NCBI GenBank assembly: GCA_009914755.4
Contig: CP068257.2
Coordinates: forward strand, 42,976,001 to 43,040,000
DNA: 64,000 bases
Source of the DNA: the human T2T-CHM13v2.0 reference genome, Homo sapiens
Reading direction: 5' to 3'
Shown: piece by piece, positions 11,612 to 27,309 of the stretch
Layout: every line of letters starts with the position of its first letter
Numbering within the stretch: the stretch's first letter is position 1
Notes under the pieces: generated by a model
What the model saw: the letters and a program-made list of their open reading frames with translations, nothing else
What the model was told of the DNA's origin: nothing
Database searches by the model: none
Position numbers and translations under genes: made by a program

Positions 11612-12490
11612 ATGGCCGCGTCCACCATGTCCATCCGCTCCAGCGCTTACTCCGACTCCTGGCAGGTGGACGACTGCCCAGAGAGCTGCTGTGAGCCCCC
11701 CTGCTGCGCCACCAGCTGCTGCGCCCCGGCCCCCTGCCTGACCCTGGTCTGCACCCCAGTGAGCCGTGTATCCAGCCCCTGCTGCCAGGTGACCTGTGAG
11801 CCCAGCCCCTGCCAATCAGGCTGCACCAGCTCCTGCACGCCCTCGTGCTGCCAGCAGTCTAGCTGCCAGCCGGCTTACTGCACCTCCTCCCCCTGCCAGC
11901 AGGCCTGCTGCGTGCCCGTCTGCTGCAAGCCTGTGTGCTGTGTGCCCGTCTGCTGTGGGGCTTCTTCGTGCTGCCAACAGTCTAGCTACCAGCCAGCTTG
12001 CTGTGCCTCTTCCTCCTGCCAGCCGGCCTGCTGTGTGCCCGTCTGCTGCAAACCTGTGTGCTGTGCGCCCACCTGCTCTGAGGATTCCTATTCATGCTGC
12101 CAACAGTCTAGCTGCCAGCCAGCTTGCTGCACTTCCTCCCCCTGCCAGCAGTCCTGCTGTGTGCCTGTCTGCTGTAAGCCTGTCTGCTGCAAACCCATCT
12201 GCTGTGTGCCTGTCTGCTCTGGGGCTTCCTCTCTGTGCTGCCAGCAGTCTGGCTGCCAGCCGGCTTGCTGCACCACCTCCTGCTGCAGACCCTCCTCCTC
12301 TGTGTCCCTCCTCTGCCGCCCTGTGTGCAGGCCCGCCTGCTGCGTGCCCGTCTCCTCCTGCTGTGCCCCCACCTCCTCCTGCCAGCCCAGCTATTGCCGC
12401 CAGGCCTCCTGTGTGTCCCTTCTCTGCCGCCCTGTGTGCTCCCGCCCTGCCTGCTACAGCTTCTCCTCAGGCCAGAAGTCCAGCTGCTGA
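11612..12490 (+). CDS. KRTAP10-9: Keratin-associated protein 10 family (high-sulfur KAP), 292 aa, single exon
   Basis: ATG at 11612, TGA at 12488-12490. Cys-rich (CCVPV/CCQPA/CCKPV pentapeptide repeats); N-terminus MAASTMS...[14 protein letters not shown]. The 292-aa length and position in the + + + - + - array match KRTAP10-9. Confidence 0.8.
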
Positions 12491-12803
12491 CGGCCATGTC
12501 CCCCAGGGCCAGCCGGGCTCAGGCCCCACCTCCCTGCCAGTCCTTGGACCTCCCAGCCCACCCAGCCTCAGCACAGCTCAACGCAGAAGGAGCAGCCCCA
12601 GCCACAGCCGCCCAGCCCCGGGGTCTCAGATGCTCACTGGCTCCTCCCTGACCTCCCCCCGGGCGGGCGAGCCCTGGCTGCTCCTCACTGTGCTTCCTGG
12701 CTGCAGACCACAACCCTCAGCTGGTCGCTGGTCGCTGGTTGGGGACGGGCCCTCCTGACCCGGGTCTCACCCCCAGCAGCGTCACCCTCTGCCTCTGAGC
12801 ACC

Positions 12804-12809
12804 AATAAA
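12804..12809 (+). other. Polyadenylation signal AATAAA, about 315 bp past the stop
   Basis: caccaataaagcgtctg. Confidence 0.6.
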
Positions 12810-15048
12810 GCGTCTGCGGCCCCAGCTGACTCCGTGCTGACTCTCCGCACCCAGGGCGGGAGGGAGCAGAGTGGGGCCTGGCCTGGCTCTGGGGGGCTGG
12901 GCCCCGTGGATCTCTTTACTTCCCCAGCTGGGGGGCCTCGGGGGGCTCTTGTGTGACACCTGGAAGCTCCTGTCCACCTCGTGGCACGTTCTGCTGTCCG
13001 GCTCCCCTCCCAGGTCCTGTGGGGCCCAAAAGCCTTGTTCACTGGCTGAGTCCCACAGACACCACGTGACTCAGGCCAACGCCCCACGCACTGTGGGTAG
13101 AAGCAGCTCCTTCCCATGGCAAGGGTTGGGGCTGTCCCGGGGGGTGGCAGGCCCCAGCTGTGCTGGGAGGTGGGAGACGGGCGGTAGGGGGTGGGTGTGG
13201 AGACTTGGGCTCCAGCTGTCCCAGCACTCAGGAGTTCCACTCGGAGAGAGCTTGGCCATCCTGGCCTCCTGTGGACACTCACAGACGCTCAGGGATGGCC
13301 CCTGCTCCAGCCCTGGGCTTGCCGCTGGGATGCAGAGCAGAGAACAGACACGTGGTCTCCAGAGCTCCCTGTGCTGGGCTGGGTGGGTGGAGGGCCGGGT
13401 GGGAACAGGAAGGTCTCAGGGCGGCGATGACAGAGGAGTCCCAGGACAGTGTGGGAATGTGTCCAGACCAGACAGCAGGAAGGAGGCCTCCTGGGGGTAG
13501 TTTCTTAGCTCCTGCCATGGGAGACAGGCAGATGGCCAGAGCCACACTGTCCCCTCCAGTCCTCACCCACACCCCCCACACTGGTGACCCGGGGCTGCGA
13601 TGCCGCCCACTCTTCTCGCCTTAGGAGAGCATAGTCGGGTTTGGGGGCCTCGGCCATACCCTGTGGGCACAAAGGACCCCCACACCTGAGAGGAGCTGCA
13701 TGTGTCAGCTCAGGCTGCTGTGACAAAGTCCACGGACTGGGGGCTCGAGCCACACACATGGGGTCCCTCACAGTCCTGGGGCTGGAAATTGAGGCCCAGG
13801 TGTGGCAGGGCTGGTTCCCGAAGACTCTCTCTTGGGCTTGCAGACACAGTCTTCTCCCTGTGTCCTTACGGGGCTGTCCCTCTGTGTGTGTCTCTGCCCT
13901 CATCTCTTCTTCTCAAGAGGACACCAGTCATTGGATTAGGGCCCATCCATAGGACCTTAACTTAGGACTTCAACATGTGAATTCGGGGGCATCACAAGTC
14001 AGCCCATATCAGGGGGCTCTGGCTTTGGCCCTTGAGGCAGGAGTGAGGGTGGCAGTGAGGCCACCTGTGCCTCGAAGATCCCCAGTGGGGCCTGGCTGGG
14101 GCAGACGCTCCCTGTCCATAAACTGCAGCGATGGACATTTGGACAGAGACACGACCCTCGGGGAAATTCTGCTCACATGGACTCCTTCACCTGCTGAACA
14201 ACGCTGTCCAGAGGCCTCAGACACCCACCAAATGGTTCCTGTTTAGGCATCCTGTTGTCCCCAGTGCCTGGCTCATAAGGGGAACTCTCACTGGTCCCAC
14301 CGCAGGAGGCACGGCTCGCTTCCAGAAGGGGAAGGTGGGGATGGAGCGCAGGCCAGGCAGCTGTGCTGGAAGAGACAGGCCACACAGGGATGGGTGCAGG
14401 GAAAGTGGGGGCCACAGGGCTGTCGCGGGGGTCAGGAGCATCTTGCACAGGCTTCCTGAGTGGTATGGAGAGTGACCTAGGGCTTCAGGGGCCGTGGTAC
14501 ACACACTCACAGTGATAGAAACCAACTCAGGATTTAGGAATGGGAGTTCTTGGAGACCTTGATGAGGGGCTTTCCAGTCACATTCTGTGGGCAGGGGCAT
14601 CCTGTGGTGGGCAGAGGGGGAACAAGCACTGGGGAAGTGAAATGTGAAGGTAAATAATTTCTTCTCTAAAGATCTAACAGAACAAGGCAGGAGAGGAGCA
14701 CAGTAGTGACGGCTTCCTGAAGGACTAACACACAGGGCTTGCCTTATTTCGCCAACTCAGATTCCCTCCAGCCAGAGAAGCAGCTACACAGAGGCTTGGT
14801 CAGAACATTTAAAGGTAAATGAACCAGTCACTGCCACCTGGACAAAGGATATCAGTTGAGAAAACAATGGACACCCCAAAAAACCTGGGAGGAAGAGCTG
14901 AGAAATTAGATGCTTTGGGAAATAAGGGCATTGGAAGATTCCACATATTCTTGGGAGTCTATAAGGCCCCCATGCATGCCCATGATGGGGCACAGAAAAG
15001 ACCTGAGAGGCTCTCAGTGCTCACCTCTGGCTGAACTGCAGGCTCTGA

Positions 15049-15153
15049 GCAAGCAGGAAGTGAAGGGGAGGGCAGGAAGTGAAGGGGAGGGCAGGAAGTG
15101 AAGGGGAAGTGAAGGGGAAGGCAGGAAGTGAAGGGGAAGTGAAGGGGAAGGCA
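15049..15153. repeat. Minisatellite (GGCAGGAAGTGAAGGGGAG), about 5-7 copies
   Basis: gcaagcaggaagtgaaggggagggcaggaagtgaaggggagggcaggaagtgaaggggaagtgaaggggaaggcaggaagtgaaggggaagtgaaggggaaggcag. Confidence 0.85.
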
Positions 15154-15883
15154 GTCGCAAACCGCCCAGGTGAGCACTGAGGGTGTGGACCAACACACAG
15201 AGTCCAGCTATAAAGACTGGGAAAAAAACATCTTTTGACTCCAGGTGTTTAAGAAACTCTGTCTAATTACTATCTGAGCACTAAGCAAATGGAATAGTGA
15301 CCCCCTTCATGACAAAGAGTATAGTCATTACTAAAATAGTTTAGGAAAGTCACTTAAAAACAAAACAAAACTACTAGCCACACAACCAGCAACAGCAAAC
15401 CACAGGGAAGAGGGAGAATGTGCCATCCAGAATTATCAAATTATAATATTCCAAATGTCCAGTTTTCAACAAAAATTATGAGGCATGCAAAGAAGCAAGA
15501 ATGTATGGTTCATTCGCAGTAAAGAAAGAAAAAAAAAAGCCAAGTAGTGAAAAATGTCCTTGAAGAAGCCCAGGATTGAATTTACTGGACAAAGTCTTTC
15601 CATTAACTCTTTTAAATATACTCAAAGAGCTAAAGGAAACCATGACAAAAGAACAAAGAGAAACTAAGAAAACAACATCTCAACCAAGAGAGAATATCAA
15701 TAAAGAGAGAGATTATAAAGAGGAATCAAATAGAAATTCTGGAGTTGAAAAGTATAATAACTGATATGAAAATTTCACTAGAGAAGTCCCACAGCCGATT
15801 TGAACAGACAGAAGGAAAAATTAGAGAACAGGTAGATAGGTCAAGTGAAATACTCCAGTCTGAAGGGCATAAAAACAAAAAGA

Positions 15884-16215
<332 letters not shown>

Positions 16216-17003
16216 TTAACTGGCCTGTAGGACAACATCAAACATACCAACAGCACACTTAACAGCAGTGTCAGAAGAAGAGCAGAGAGAGAATGGAGCA
16301 CTCAAAACTATTTGAAGAAAAATGATAGAGACAGAAAGTAAAATGGTGGTTGCCAGGTGCCTGGGGGGAGGAGGAGGAATGTGGAGTTAGTGTTTAATGG
16401 GGACAGAGTTTCAGTTTTCCAAGATGAAAAGTTTTGAAGACGGATGGTGGCAATGACCGCACTGCATTATGAATGTATTTAATATCACTGAACGGTACAC
16501 TTAAAATGGGATAAATTTCACGTGTATTTAACTACAATAATTTTTTAAATATTTGAAGTAATAATGACCAAAAACTTCCCAAATATGATGAAACACATTG
16601 AATCTACACATTCAAGAAGCTCCATGAGCTTCAAGTAGAATAAACTCAAAAAGATCCACACAGAAACACAAAATTAAATTATTGAAAGCCAAAGACAAAA
16701 CAAGAATCTTGAAAGCAGGAAGAGAGAAGATTAACAGCCAATTTCTCTTCAAAAACCATGAAGAACAGAAGGCAATGGGATGATGTACTTAAAGTGCTGA
16801 AAGAGAAAAAAAACTGTCCACCAAGAAGTCTGTGTCCAATGAAATGATTCTTTGAAACTAAAGGAGAAATTAGGACACTTCTGGATAAATAAATGCTGAG
16901 AGAGTTTATTGCCAGTAGGCCTGCCCTACAAGAAATGACAGCTCAGGATGAAATCAAAGGGCACTAGACAATAACTTGAAGCCATATTAAGAAATAAAGA
17001 ACT

Positions 17004-17312
17004 GGCTGGGCACAGTGGCTCACGCCTGTAATCCCAGCACTTTGGGAGGCTGAGGCGGGCAGATCAGAAGGTCAAGGGTTTGAGACCAGCCTGGCCAACA
17101 TAGTGAAACTCCATCTCTGCTAAAAATACACACACAAAAAAAAATAGCTGAGTGTGGTGGTGGGCACCTGTAATCCCAGCTAGTTGGGAGGCTGAGGCAA
17201 GGAGAATCACTTGAACCTGGGAGGCAGAGGTTGCAGTGAGCCAAGATCGTGCCACTGCTCTCCAGCCTGGGTGGCAGTGCGAGACTCCATCTCAAAAAGA
17301 AAAAGAAGAAAA
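17004..17312 (+). mobile_element. Alu (full length)
   Basis: ggctgggcacagtggctcacgcctgtaatcccagcactttgggaggctgaggcgggcagatc...ctccagcctgggtggcag. Confidence 0.9.
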
Positions 17313-18373
17313 GAAATAAAGAACACTAATAAAGGTATCAGTTTTGGTAGTTTGTATGTTAATAGGAATTTATCCATTACATCTAGGTTATCTACATTAT
17401 GAATGTATTTAATATCACTAAACATGCTTAAATGGAATAAATTTTATTGATTTTATGTGTTAGTGTACAATTGTTCATATATTCTCTTATAGTCTTTTTT
17501 ATCTATATAGGTCAGCAGTAATGTTCCCACTTTCATTTCTGATTTTAATAATTAGAGCCTTCTCTTTTTTCTCAGTCTAGTTAAAGGTTTGTAAATTTTA
17601 TTGTTGCTTTCAAAAAACTAATTTTAGGCTTCGTTGGTTCCATTGTTTTTCTATTCTCAATTTCTTTATTTGCTCCCTGTATTCTACATATAATCTTTAT
17701 TTTCTTCCTTCTTCTAGGTTTTGGTTTAGTTTGCTCTTCCTTTTCCTGGTTCCTTAAGGTGTGAAGTTAGATTACTGAATTGAGATCTTTCTTGTTTTTT
17801 AATATAAGCATTTATAGCTACAAATTTCCCTCCATAAACTGTTTTGCTGTATCCCATAAGTTTTGGTTTGTTATATTGTCACTGTCATTTATCCCATAGT
17901 ATTTTCTAACTTCTCTTTTGATTTATTCTTCAATCAACTGGTTGTTATAAGTATGTGTTGTTTAATTGCCACATATTTGTGAATTTTCCAGTTTTCCTTC
18001 TGTTATTGATTTCTAATTCCCACTGTGGTCAGAGAAGATACATTATATGATTTCAATAATTTTAAATTTATTGAGACTTGTTTTTTGGACTAACATATGG
18101 TCTAATCTGGAGAACTGAGAAGAATTTGTATTCTGCTGTTGTTGGGTTGAATGTTTTATACACGGCCATATTAGATCTAGCTTGTTTATAGTGTTCTTCA
18201 AGTTCTCTATTTCGTTATTGATCTTTGATCTAGTTCTATTTAAAAATTTTTTTTAATCAGTGGAAGTGACTTATTGAAGTCTTCAAATATTATTGTTGAA
18301 CTGGAATTGCCTATTTCTTTCTTCTCTTCTTTCCATTTATGCTTGATATATCTTGGGGGTCTGATGTTTGTTA

Positions 18374-18706
<333 letters not shown>

Positions 18707-18714
18707 TTAATGGT

Positions 18715-20292
<1,578 letters not shown>

Positions 20293-21771
20293 AGGGTTTC
20301 TAAGAATGAAGCCCCTCGCTCTGCAATGCTGGATATTATCAGCATTTTAAATCTTGTTTGCTCTTACAGGTGGGAGACGTGTGTTTAAACCTGAGAAACT
20401 TTAGTTATTAATGAGATCAACTAGCTGTTCATCTCATTCATGCTTATTGGAAATTTAAAATTTTTAGTCTTCTATTCATTTCTTTTGTATCTTATCCTGT
20501 TTTAGTGGTAAGGACTTCAAATTTTTCACATTAATCTTCCACCTGTCATGGAGATTACAAGTACTTTCTGGCAGTTCATATCTTCATTTGTGTACCCAAT
20601 GATTCCTTCAGGGCTGTGATGGGAACGTCGTGGATGCTGAGCTGAGCTGAGGCATGTGGACCGGTCTCCAGCACCCAACCCTGCCGGGTTTCCAGGGGAC
20701 ATACGTTGTATGTGTTCTGGTCAAGGTTTATGCTTTCGTTCACATCTGACCCTCTGACATTCCACTGGGCATTTTATACTTGGGTCTGCTGGCTGACGGG
20801 CTTCCTTTCCCATTGTATTTCCACACTGTCATGGCAGGGGTACAGGTAGGAGGTGCTGGGTGCAGTGACTTTGTCTCTCATCCAGCCCTTCAGTGAGCGT
20901 GGCCTGGGACAGTCACTCTGATCCTAGGTGGACAATGATGTCACCTACAGATACTAGAAATTCACATCACATTTCAACATCTTGGCATGTGGCTTCAGCC
21001 AAAGTGCAAACATAGAGTAAGACCAGGCGTCCGGGCAGTGGGGCTGACTGTGGCCCCATCTGACACTTTTCTCATCCAGACCCCAAGTATCCTCCACTCT
21101 CCACGCAACCCTCACTCCACACCTGCCTCTCCAAGGTAGAGGCCCCTCCCCACCCTCAGACCCTGACCTGCACCCGCCCCTCTCAGGACACCTGACCAGG
21201 GCTCCAGGGGATGGCAGTCCAGACCCAAAGGCCAGTCCCCAAACCTTGTCCTCCTAATGAGCTGACTGTCCAGAGGCCTTGCCAGAACATTCCATCTCCT
21301 CAGAGGAGGGGAGGTCCACCCTGTCCTCCTGCCCTTGGCAGACATCAGGATCTCAGAAGATCCCAGAGCCCGCCAGGAAGCGCTGTCTTCAAGCATCTTT
21401 TCCCAACACAGGCACCTCCGTCCTGGCTCTCCCAATCTCAGCCACGCCAGCCCACCCCGTGAGGTCCCTGCAGACAGAGGCTGGGCCTCCCCCAGGCTGA
21501 GGGCCCACGCTGGGCACAGTCACGGGACCTGCCAGGTGGAAGTCACCAGGTCAGCCCCAGAGAGGCCACACCTTCCCTCCTGGTGTTCCCGGGAGACAGG
21601 CTCAGCCAGGGGCGCCGGTCCTGCCCAGGACCAGCCAAGTGTTAGGAGCAGAGTGAGGACAAGTCATGGCAAAGGAAGCAGAAATAATGAGGGTCCTCCC
21701 GGCTCCAAACACCAACACGGAAGGGGAGGGCATTGCTGAGTCTCCTGCTGGGAAAACACAGGCCCTGGGCA

Positions 21772-21778
21772 TATAAAA
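21772..21778 (+). promoter_or_regulatory. TATA box (tataaaa), 97 bp upstream of the ATG
   Basis: ggcatataaaagcc. Confidence 0.7.
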
Positions 21779-21868
21779 GCCCCAGCAGCTGACAGGCTCA
21801 CACACACACTCACTCACACACTCACTCACTCACACACCTCCCCCAGCTCACCGCCTCCCCACTCCAGC

Positions 21869-22624
21869 ATGGCCGCCTCCACCATGTCCATCTGCTCCAG
21901 CGCCTGCACTGACTCTTGGCGGGTGGACGACTGCCCAGAGAGCTGCTGCGCCCCCAGCTGCTGTGCCCCAGCCCCCAGCTTGACCCTGGTCTGCACCCCA
22001 GTGAGCTGTGTGTCCAGCCCCTGCTGCCAGACGGCCTGTGAGCCCAGCGCCTGCCAATCAGGCTACACCAGCTCCTGCACACCCCCATGCTACCAGCAGT
22101 CTAGCTGCCAGCCGGATTGCTGCTCCTCCTCCCCCTGCCAGCAGGCCTGCTGTGTGCCTGTCTGCTGTGTGCCCGTCTGCTGCGTGCCCGTCTGTAACAA
22201 GCCTGTGTGCTTCGTGCCTACCTGCTCCGAGTCTTCCCCTTCATGCTGCCAGCAGTCTAGCTGCCAGCCAACTTGCTGCACCTCCTCCCCATGCCAGCAG
22301 GCCTGCTGTGTGCCTGTCTGCTCTAAGTCCGTCTGCTATATGCCTGTGTGCTCTGGGGCTTCCACTTCATGCTGCCAGCAGTCTAGCTGCCAGCCTGCTT
22401 GCTGCACCGCCTCCTGCTGCAGACCCTCCTCCTCCGTGTCCCTCCTCTGCCACCCTGTGTGCAAGTCCACCTGCTGCGTGCCCGTCCCCTCTTGCGGTGC
22501 CTCTGCCTCCTCCTGCCAGCCCAGCTGCTGCCGCACGGCCTCCTGTGTTTCCCTCCTCTGCCGCCCCGTGTGCTCCCGCCCTGCCTGCTACAGCCTCTGC
22601 TCTGGCCAGAAGTCCAGCTGCTGA
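21869..22624 (+). CDS. KRTAP10-10: Keratin-associated protein 10 family, 251 aa, single exon
   Basis: ATG at 21869, TGA at 22622-22624. [27 protein letters not shown]... Cys repeats. The 251-aa length and position match KRTAP10-10. Confidence 0.8.
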   Translation: MAASTMSICSSACTDSWRVDDCPESCCAPSCCAPAPSLTLVCTPVSCVSSPCCQTACEPSACQSGYTSSCTPPCYQQSSCQPDCCSSSPCQQACCVPVCCVPVCCVPVCNKPVCFVPTCSESSPSCCQQSSCQPTCCTSSPCQQACCVPVCSKSVCYMPVCSGASTSCCQQSSCQPACCTASCCRPSSSVSLLCHPVCKSTCCVPVPSCGASASSCQPSCCRTASCVSLLCRPVCSRPACYSLCSGQKSSC

Positions 22625-22835
22625 CAGCCCTGGATGTGATCCGGAGTCCCTTCCCACCAGGGGCTGACCTCCCAGCTGCCCCAGCAAGCTCTGCCCTCTC
22701 TGGCTTTGACACCCTCAGAAGGTGGGGCAGGCTCTTTGTCTTGGGGACCAGGATGCTCCCCCTGTCCTTCCCAGATGCTGGCTGCATGAGAGACCCCAGC
22801 TACTCCCCCAGACCCAAGTTCTGCAGAACTAACCC

Positions 22836-23090
22836 CCAGCAGGCCTGGTTCCACCCTGGGCAGCACCCCCTCTAGTTCTAATAAAGCCGCCTCTGTCTCA
22901 CACCAACCTCTGTCCTGTCTGTGGACCCCCGGGGGGGCACAGGGTGAGGTGGGAAGTGATGCCACCCCTGACTGCAGGGAGAGTCCTGACGCCCAGCAGG
23001 CCTGGCTCCACCCCTCTGTCTCTGTCGACCTTCCATCCTGTCTGTGGACCCCCGAGGGGCATGGGATGAGGCAGGAAGCAATGCCTTCTG
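22836..23090 (+). repeat. Local tandem duplication (two units of about 110 bp) in the 3' flank of the KRTAP10 gene
   Basis: cccagcaggcctggytccaccc...tctgtcctgtctgtggacccccgrgggg.a..gg.gaggyrggaagyratgcc occurs twice. Only the first copy keeps the AATAAA. Confidence 0.7.
22880..22885 (+). other. Polyadenylation signal AATAAA, about 255 bp past the stop
   Basis: ctagttctaataaagccgcc. Confidence 0.6.
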
Positions 23091-24479
23091 GTGCTGGCCT
23101 CTGTGAACCCTGAAGGCCAGTCTCCCTCTTAGCCCCGTGGGCCCCCAACCCCAGCACGTGGCCCCCCGGCCCATCTTAGGAAAGCTGCCTCTGGAACCAA
23201 GGCCAGGAGTTTCGGGACAAAATGGACCCTGGCAGCACTCTGGGCCCCTGAGCCACATTCACCCTCCCCAGCTCCATGGCTGCCCCCCAGGCCTGGGGTA
23301 GACCACCTGGGGCCTGGCTCCACCCAGCAGCCTCACCCCTCCTGTTACCCCTGGGGAGACCAGCTATGGACCACAGTGCCCATCCCTGCAGCCCTCATCT
23401 CCTCCACAGTAAGACATTGGGACCACGCCCTCCCCCAGGACTCGAGCCCAGCAGCCCAGTATTCATGGGGTTCTGGAATACCCATTGCTCAGGCATCGCT
23501 GGCGAGAGCACAGATGGGCAGGGACCATGGCACCCACTAACCAAGCCTGCGGGCCCCCCTGCCCCATGCGGCCTCACCTAGACATTCAGGGTCCTGGCTC
23601 CCTTTTGGTCCCGTGGTCCTGGACTCTGACCCCGAGGACCCTGTCCCCGCACCCCCAGCCTCCCAGGTCTCTCCCAAATAGCCCTCAGCTCTGCCTGCCA
23701 CCCTCCGTCCCAGATGCCACGTCGGGGAAGTGGCACAAGCTGCTGCACTCTTTCCGCCAGGTCGCTGTGCGCATTTGAGAGCGCACGTCCGGCTCCAGCA
23801 AATGACCCTTGCGTGTCAATGACAGAGGCCGCCAGCCCCAGCACCAGGACCTCCCGGAGTCCCACCCCACAGAGCTCCCTGTGGTCAGCACAGCCGCCTC
23901 GCTCACTCCCCTCGAGGCAGATCACCCAGGACAACCAGCAGCAGCCGTCCCCAGGGCTGGTGGCCAAACTGACACAGCCTTGTCCACCTCCTTGGAAGCA
24001 AAGCCAAGTCCCCATGAAAGGACAAATGGGGGCCTCCAGGGACAGAGATGTTTGTCCAAAAACCTGCCCCGGTTTTTGGGGCAGCTGGCAGGGGCCGAGC
24101 CTTCATCCTAGGTCTCCGGGGCCATCCTCGGGAGGGGCTCCCCACACATGCATGTCTGAGCCCCACATCACTGTGCTCACTGATGGCCACAGGGTCAGAA
24201 CAGAGAGCCAGGAGGAGGGCCCGGGGCTGGCTCTCTGACCTCCTCCACATTTGCCATTGTCCCCACCTTCCCTGTCCAAGGCACCGACAGGACCCAGCCT
24301 GTCTGGCCGTCCCCAGGGAGGATACCTCCTGGTGGGGGGTCTCAGCTCTGACTCCTACTCTGGGTCCTCATTCGATGTGTCTTCTGCCTCATCAGAGCTT
24401 CAACCCCCAGTGAAAGCACCTTGGAAAACAGTTCCTCAAAATGTCACTCACTGTGTGACCCTGTGACCCTGTCAGTCCA

Positions 24480-25015
24480 GTTCTAGGCATCTACCCCGGA
24501 GGAATGAAACAAACGTCCACACACAGATTTCTGTGCCCATGTACACAGCACCACTGACAGTAGCCAAGAAGTGGAAAGAGCCCAAATGTCCATCAGAGGA
24601 TGAATGGACAAGCAAAACACAGCCTATCCACACAAGCAAAACACAGCCCATCCCCATGGGAATATTATTCAGCCATGAAAAGGGATCAAATACTGACACA
24701 GGCTACAACATGCATGAGCCTTGAAAGCATGATGCTCAGCGAGTGGCCACATGTGGTGGGATTCTATTTGTATGAAAGACTCAGAACAGGCAAATCCGCA
24801 GAGAAAGGAAGTAGATGAGTGTGTGACCAAGGCTGGTGGAGGGGCTCATGAGGAGTGACTGCTTATGGGTGTGGTTTTTGGAGTGGGAATGTTGTAAAAT
24901 TACATATTGGTGATGGCTGAGAAACACTGGGAATATATTAAAAACCAGTGGATTGTGCACTTACAGTGGGTGAACTTCATGGCTTGTGAATTTTCTCTTG
25001 GTCAATGTGTTAAAA
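24480..25015 (+). mobile_element. LINE-1 3' end fragment (old)
   Basis: gaggatgaatggacaagcaaaacac...tgagaaacactgggaatatattaaaaaccagtggattgtgcacttacagtgggtgaacttcatggcttgtgaattttctcttggtcaatgtgttaaaaa. Confidence 0.65.
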
Positions 25016-27012
25016 ACAAATAGTCTCAGCCCTCCATTTGGGATGGCCACTGGCCAATGCCTCCACCTCCCCTTCATCCAGATAAAAATGAATGGCGCCA
25101 GAGCAGTGATAGAAAATGGAGGCATGCCATCCACAGACCAGGTCAGTAAGGATTTTCTGGGAAAGGCAAGACAAAAAGATCAGGTTCTATTGACTTTAAA
25201 TCCAACAGAAAGAAAGGCAGAAGGACTCTGAAGACAAATGACTTTTCCCGGAGACCCTAGCAAAGGGACCATACATGAGGATGACTGTGGGCACTCAGTG
25301 GTCTTTAACTGATGGGTCGAGTTCTGAAGAAGAGCCATTCCATGCCTGCAACCAGCGGGAGAACCAGGAAGGGTGGGGTTGGCCCAGGAGACTCCCAGCC
25401 TAGGTCCCAATCTGGAGAGGAAGAGGCCACGCCCCAGGAAGCTCTGGATGCCAAGATGAACTGGAGCCCCCATGTCCAATCAGCGATGAACAAGGCCCCC
25501 CTCATCAGAGCCCCAGCATCAGCTCTGGATGCAGAATATGTGTATCTATGTGCAGAAAACCTTTCAGCAATGAATGCCAAACAATCTAGACCCTCACTTA
25601 AAAATGTGAATGACAACTAAGGGTCCTCAGACATGTGAGGAAATCACAGCATGACAGAGAAGCAAAGTCTGAACAAGCGATGATGCAGATGTGAGGAAAC
25701 AAAGAGGCTGTCACTCCATGAAACAAGAACAGGGTGCTACCAAAAAGGAGGAGGAAGAGGAGGAAGGAAAACACCCCAAGTTCCAGGAGACTGAAAGCAT
25801 GACACTCTCAACACAGATGAAACTCAATGATGGTCTGCATAATAGACCCTGAAAGCAGAATTGCTGATACAGTGACCCCAGTTCAGGCAAGGATTGACCC
25901 AAACCCAATGCAGAAGGACAGAGATAAAGCCAAGAAGAGCCTGAGATCTGAGTGGGAAGAGCCCAGGAGACCCAGGGTCTGTGATCCTAACCGGGATCGC
26001 AGTGGGGAGAAAATCCAAGAATGGAAGAAAATCATCAGACCCATATGAGAATAAAAGTTTTTTGAACTAAAGGAAGATGGGATCGAGGGGATGAACACAG
26101 CTGATGACAGTGACGAGGGAGGGGTCTGGTGAAATGAATGAAGTAAAAGAAAGAGACAATAGTGCCAGGTTCTAGACAGAGGAAAGACTTCACAAGAAGA
26201 TCAAAGTTATGCAAATATGAGATGCATTGGTGGCCCAGCCTCTACCAAGGTGGAGGGAAGAAATTCCGCACCTAGACTCTGCTGTGGCAGGCTTCAGCGG
26301 GAAGGCTGTTCTTAAACAACAGGGATCCGGAAAATTTACCACCCACAATGCTTTCTGAAATTTTTACTCAGCAATTTCCAACAAGAAGAAACACGACCCC
26401 CTCTTTTCAAACGTCCACAAAAATCCACAGACACCCATCAAGGAAAATCTAAAGAAAATAAAAATAAAGTCTAATAAAAATAAGCAGACATGAAAGATGG
26501 AAAAAGAAGTATGCTCACAGATTCAGAGATTTTCCTGTTTCAGTATAAGAAAATAGTATGGGTATATTTATCCTAAAATTTGGAAATATAAATTAAATGT
26601 ACTGTGTCCTAAAAAATATAAATTACCTACCCTGAGTAACAAGACAAAAATTTTAATACAATGATATCCAGGAAAATATGGAAATGGTATTGAAAAAGCT
26701 CATTCTTCAGAAGGCAGACTCAGATGTTTCAAAGATGTATACCATCAGCCTTCAATACAAAGACTTTTCTGTGATACTTGAAATATTCCAGAGATCAGAA
26801 GAAGCCAGAGGTCCTCTGGATTCCTCTAGTAAGACTGGTGACATCCTGATGCCAAAACCAGGAATAACAGCGAGAGAGATAGGACTGTAGACCAACATCA
26901 TTTAAAAAAATAATGTAAGAGATTGTATGAACCTACAATAACAGAAAACTAAGCCACTATGTATAGCCATTATGGGAAATAGTACGGAAGTTCCTCAAAA
27001 AATTAAAAATGG

Positions 27013-27304
<292 letters not shown>

Positions 27305-27309
27305 TTAAA

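Noticed and set aside
11796-12758. Long alternative-frame ORFs overlapping the KRTAP10 CDSs on both strands. Examples are 11796-12758 + (320 aa, Pro/Ala-rich), 12108-12497 - (129 aa), 22008-22667 +, 22383-22787 -, 30950-31453 - (167 aa, Gln/Trp-rich) and 31069-31836 +.
   Set aside because: They are by-products of the TGC/CAG codon periodicity and high GC of the Cys-repeat CDS. They have no independent promoter or TATA, use non-canonical start positions, and their low-complexity composition shifts with the real frame. They are not overlapping genes.
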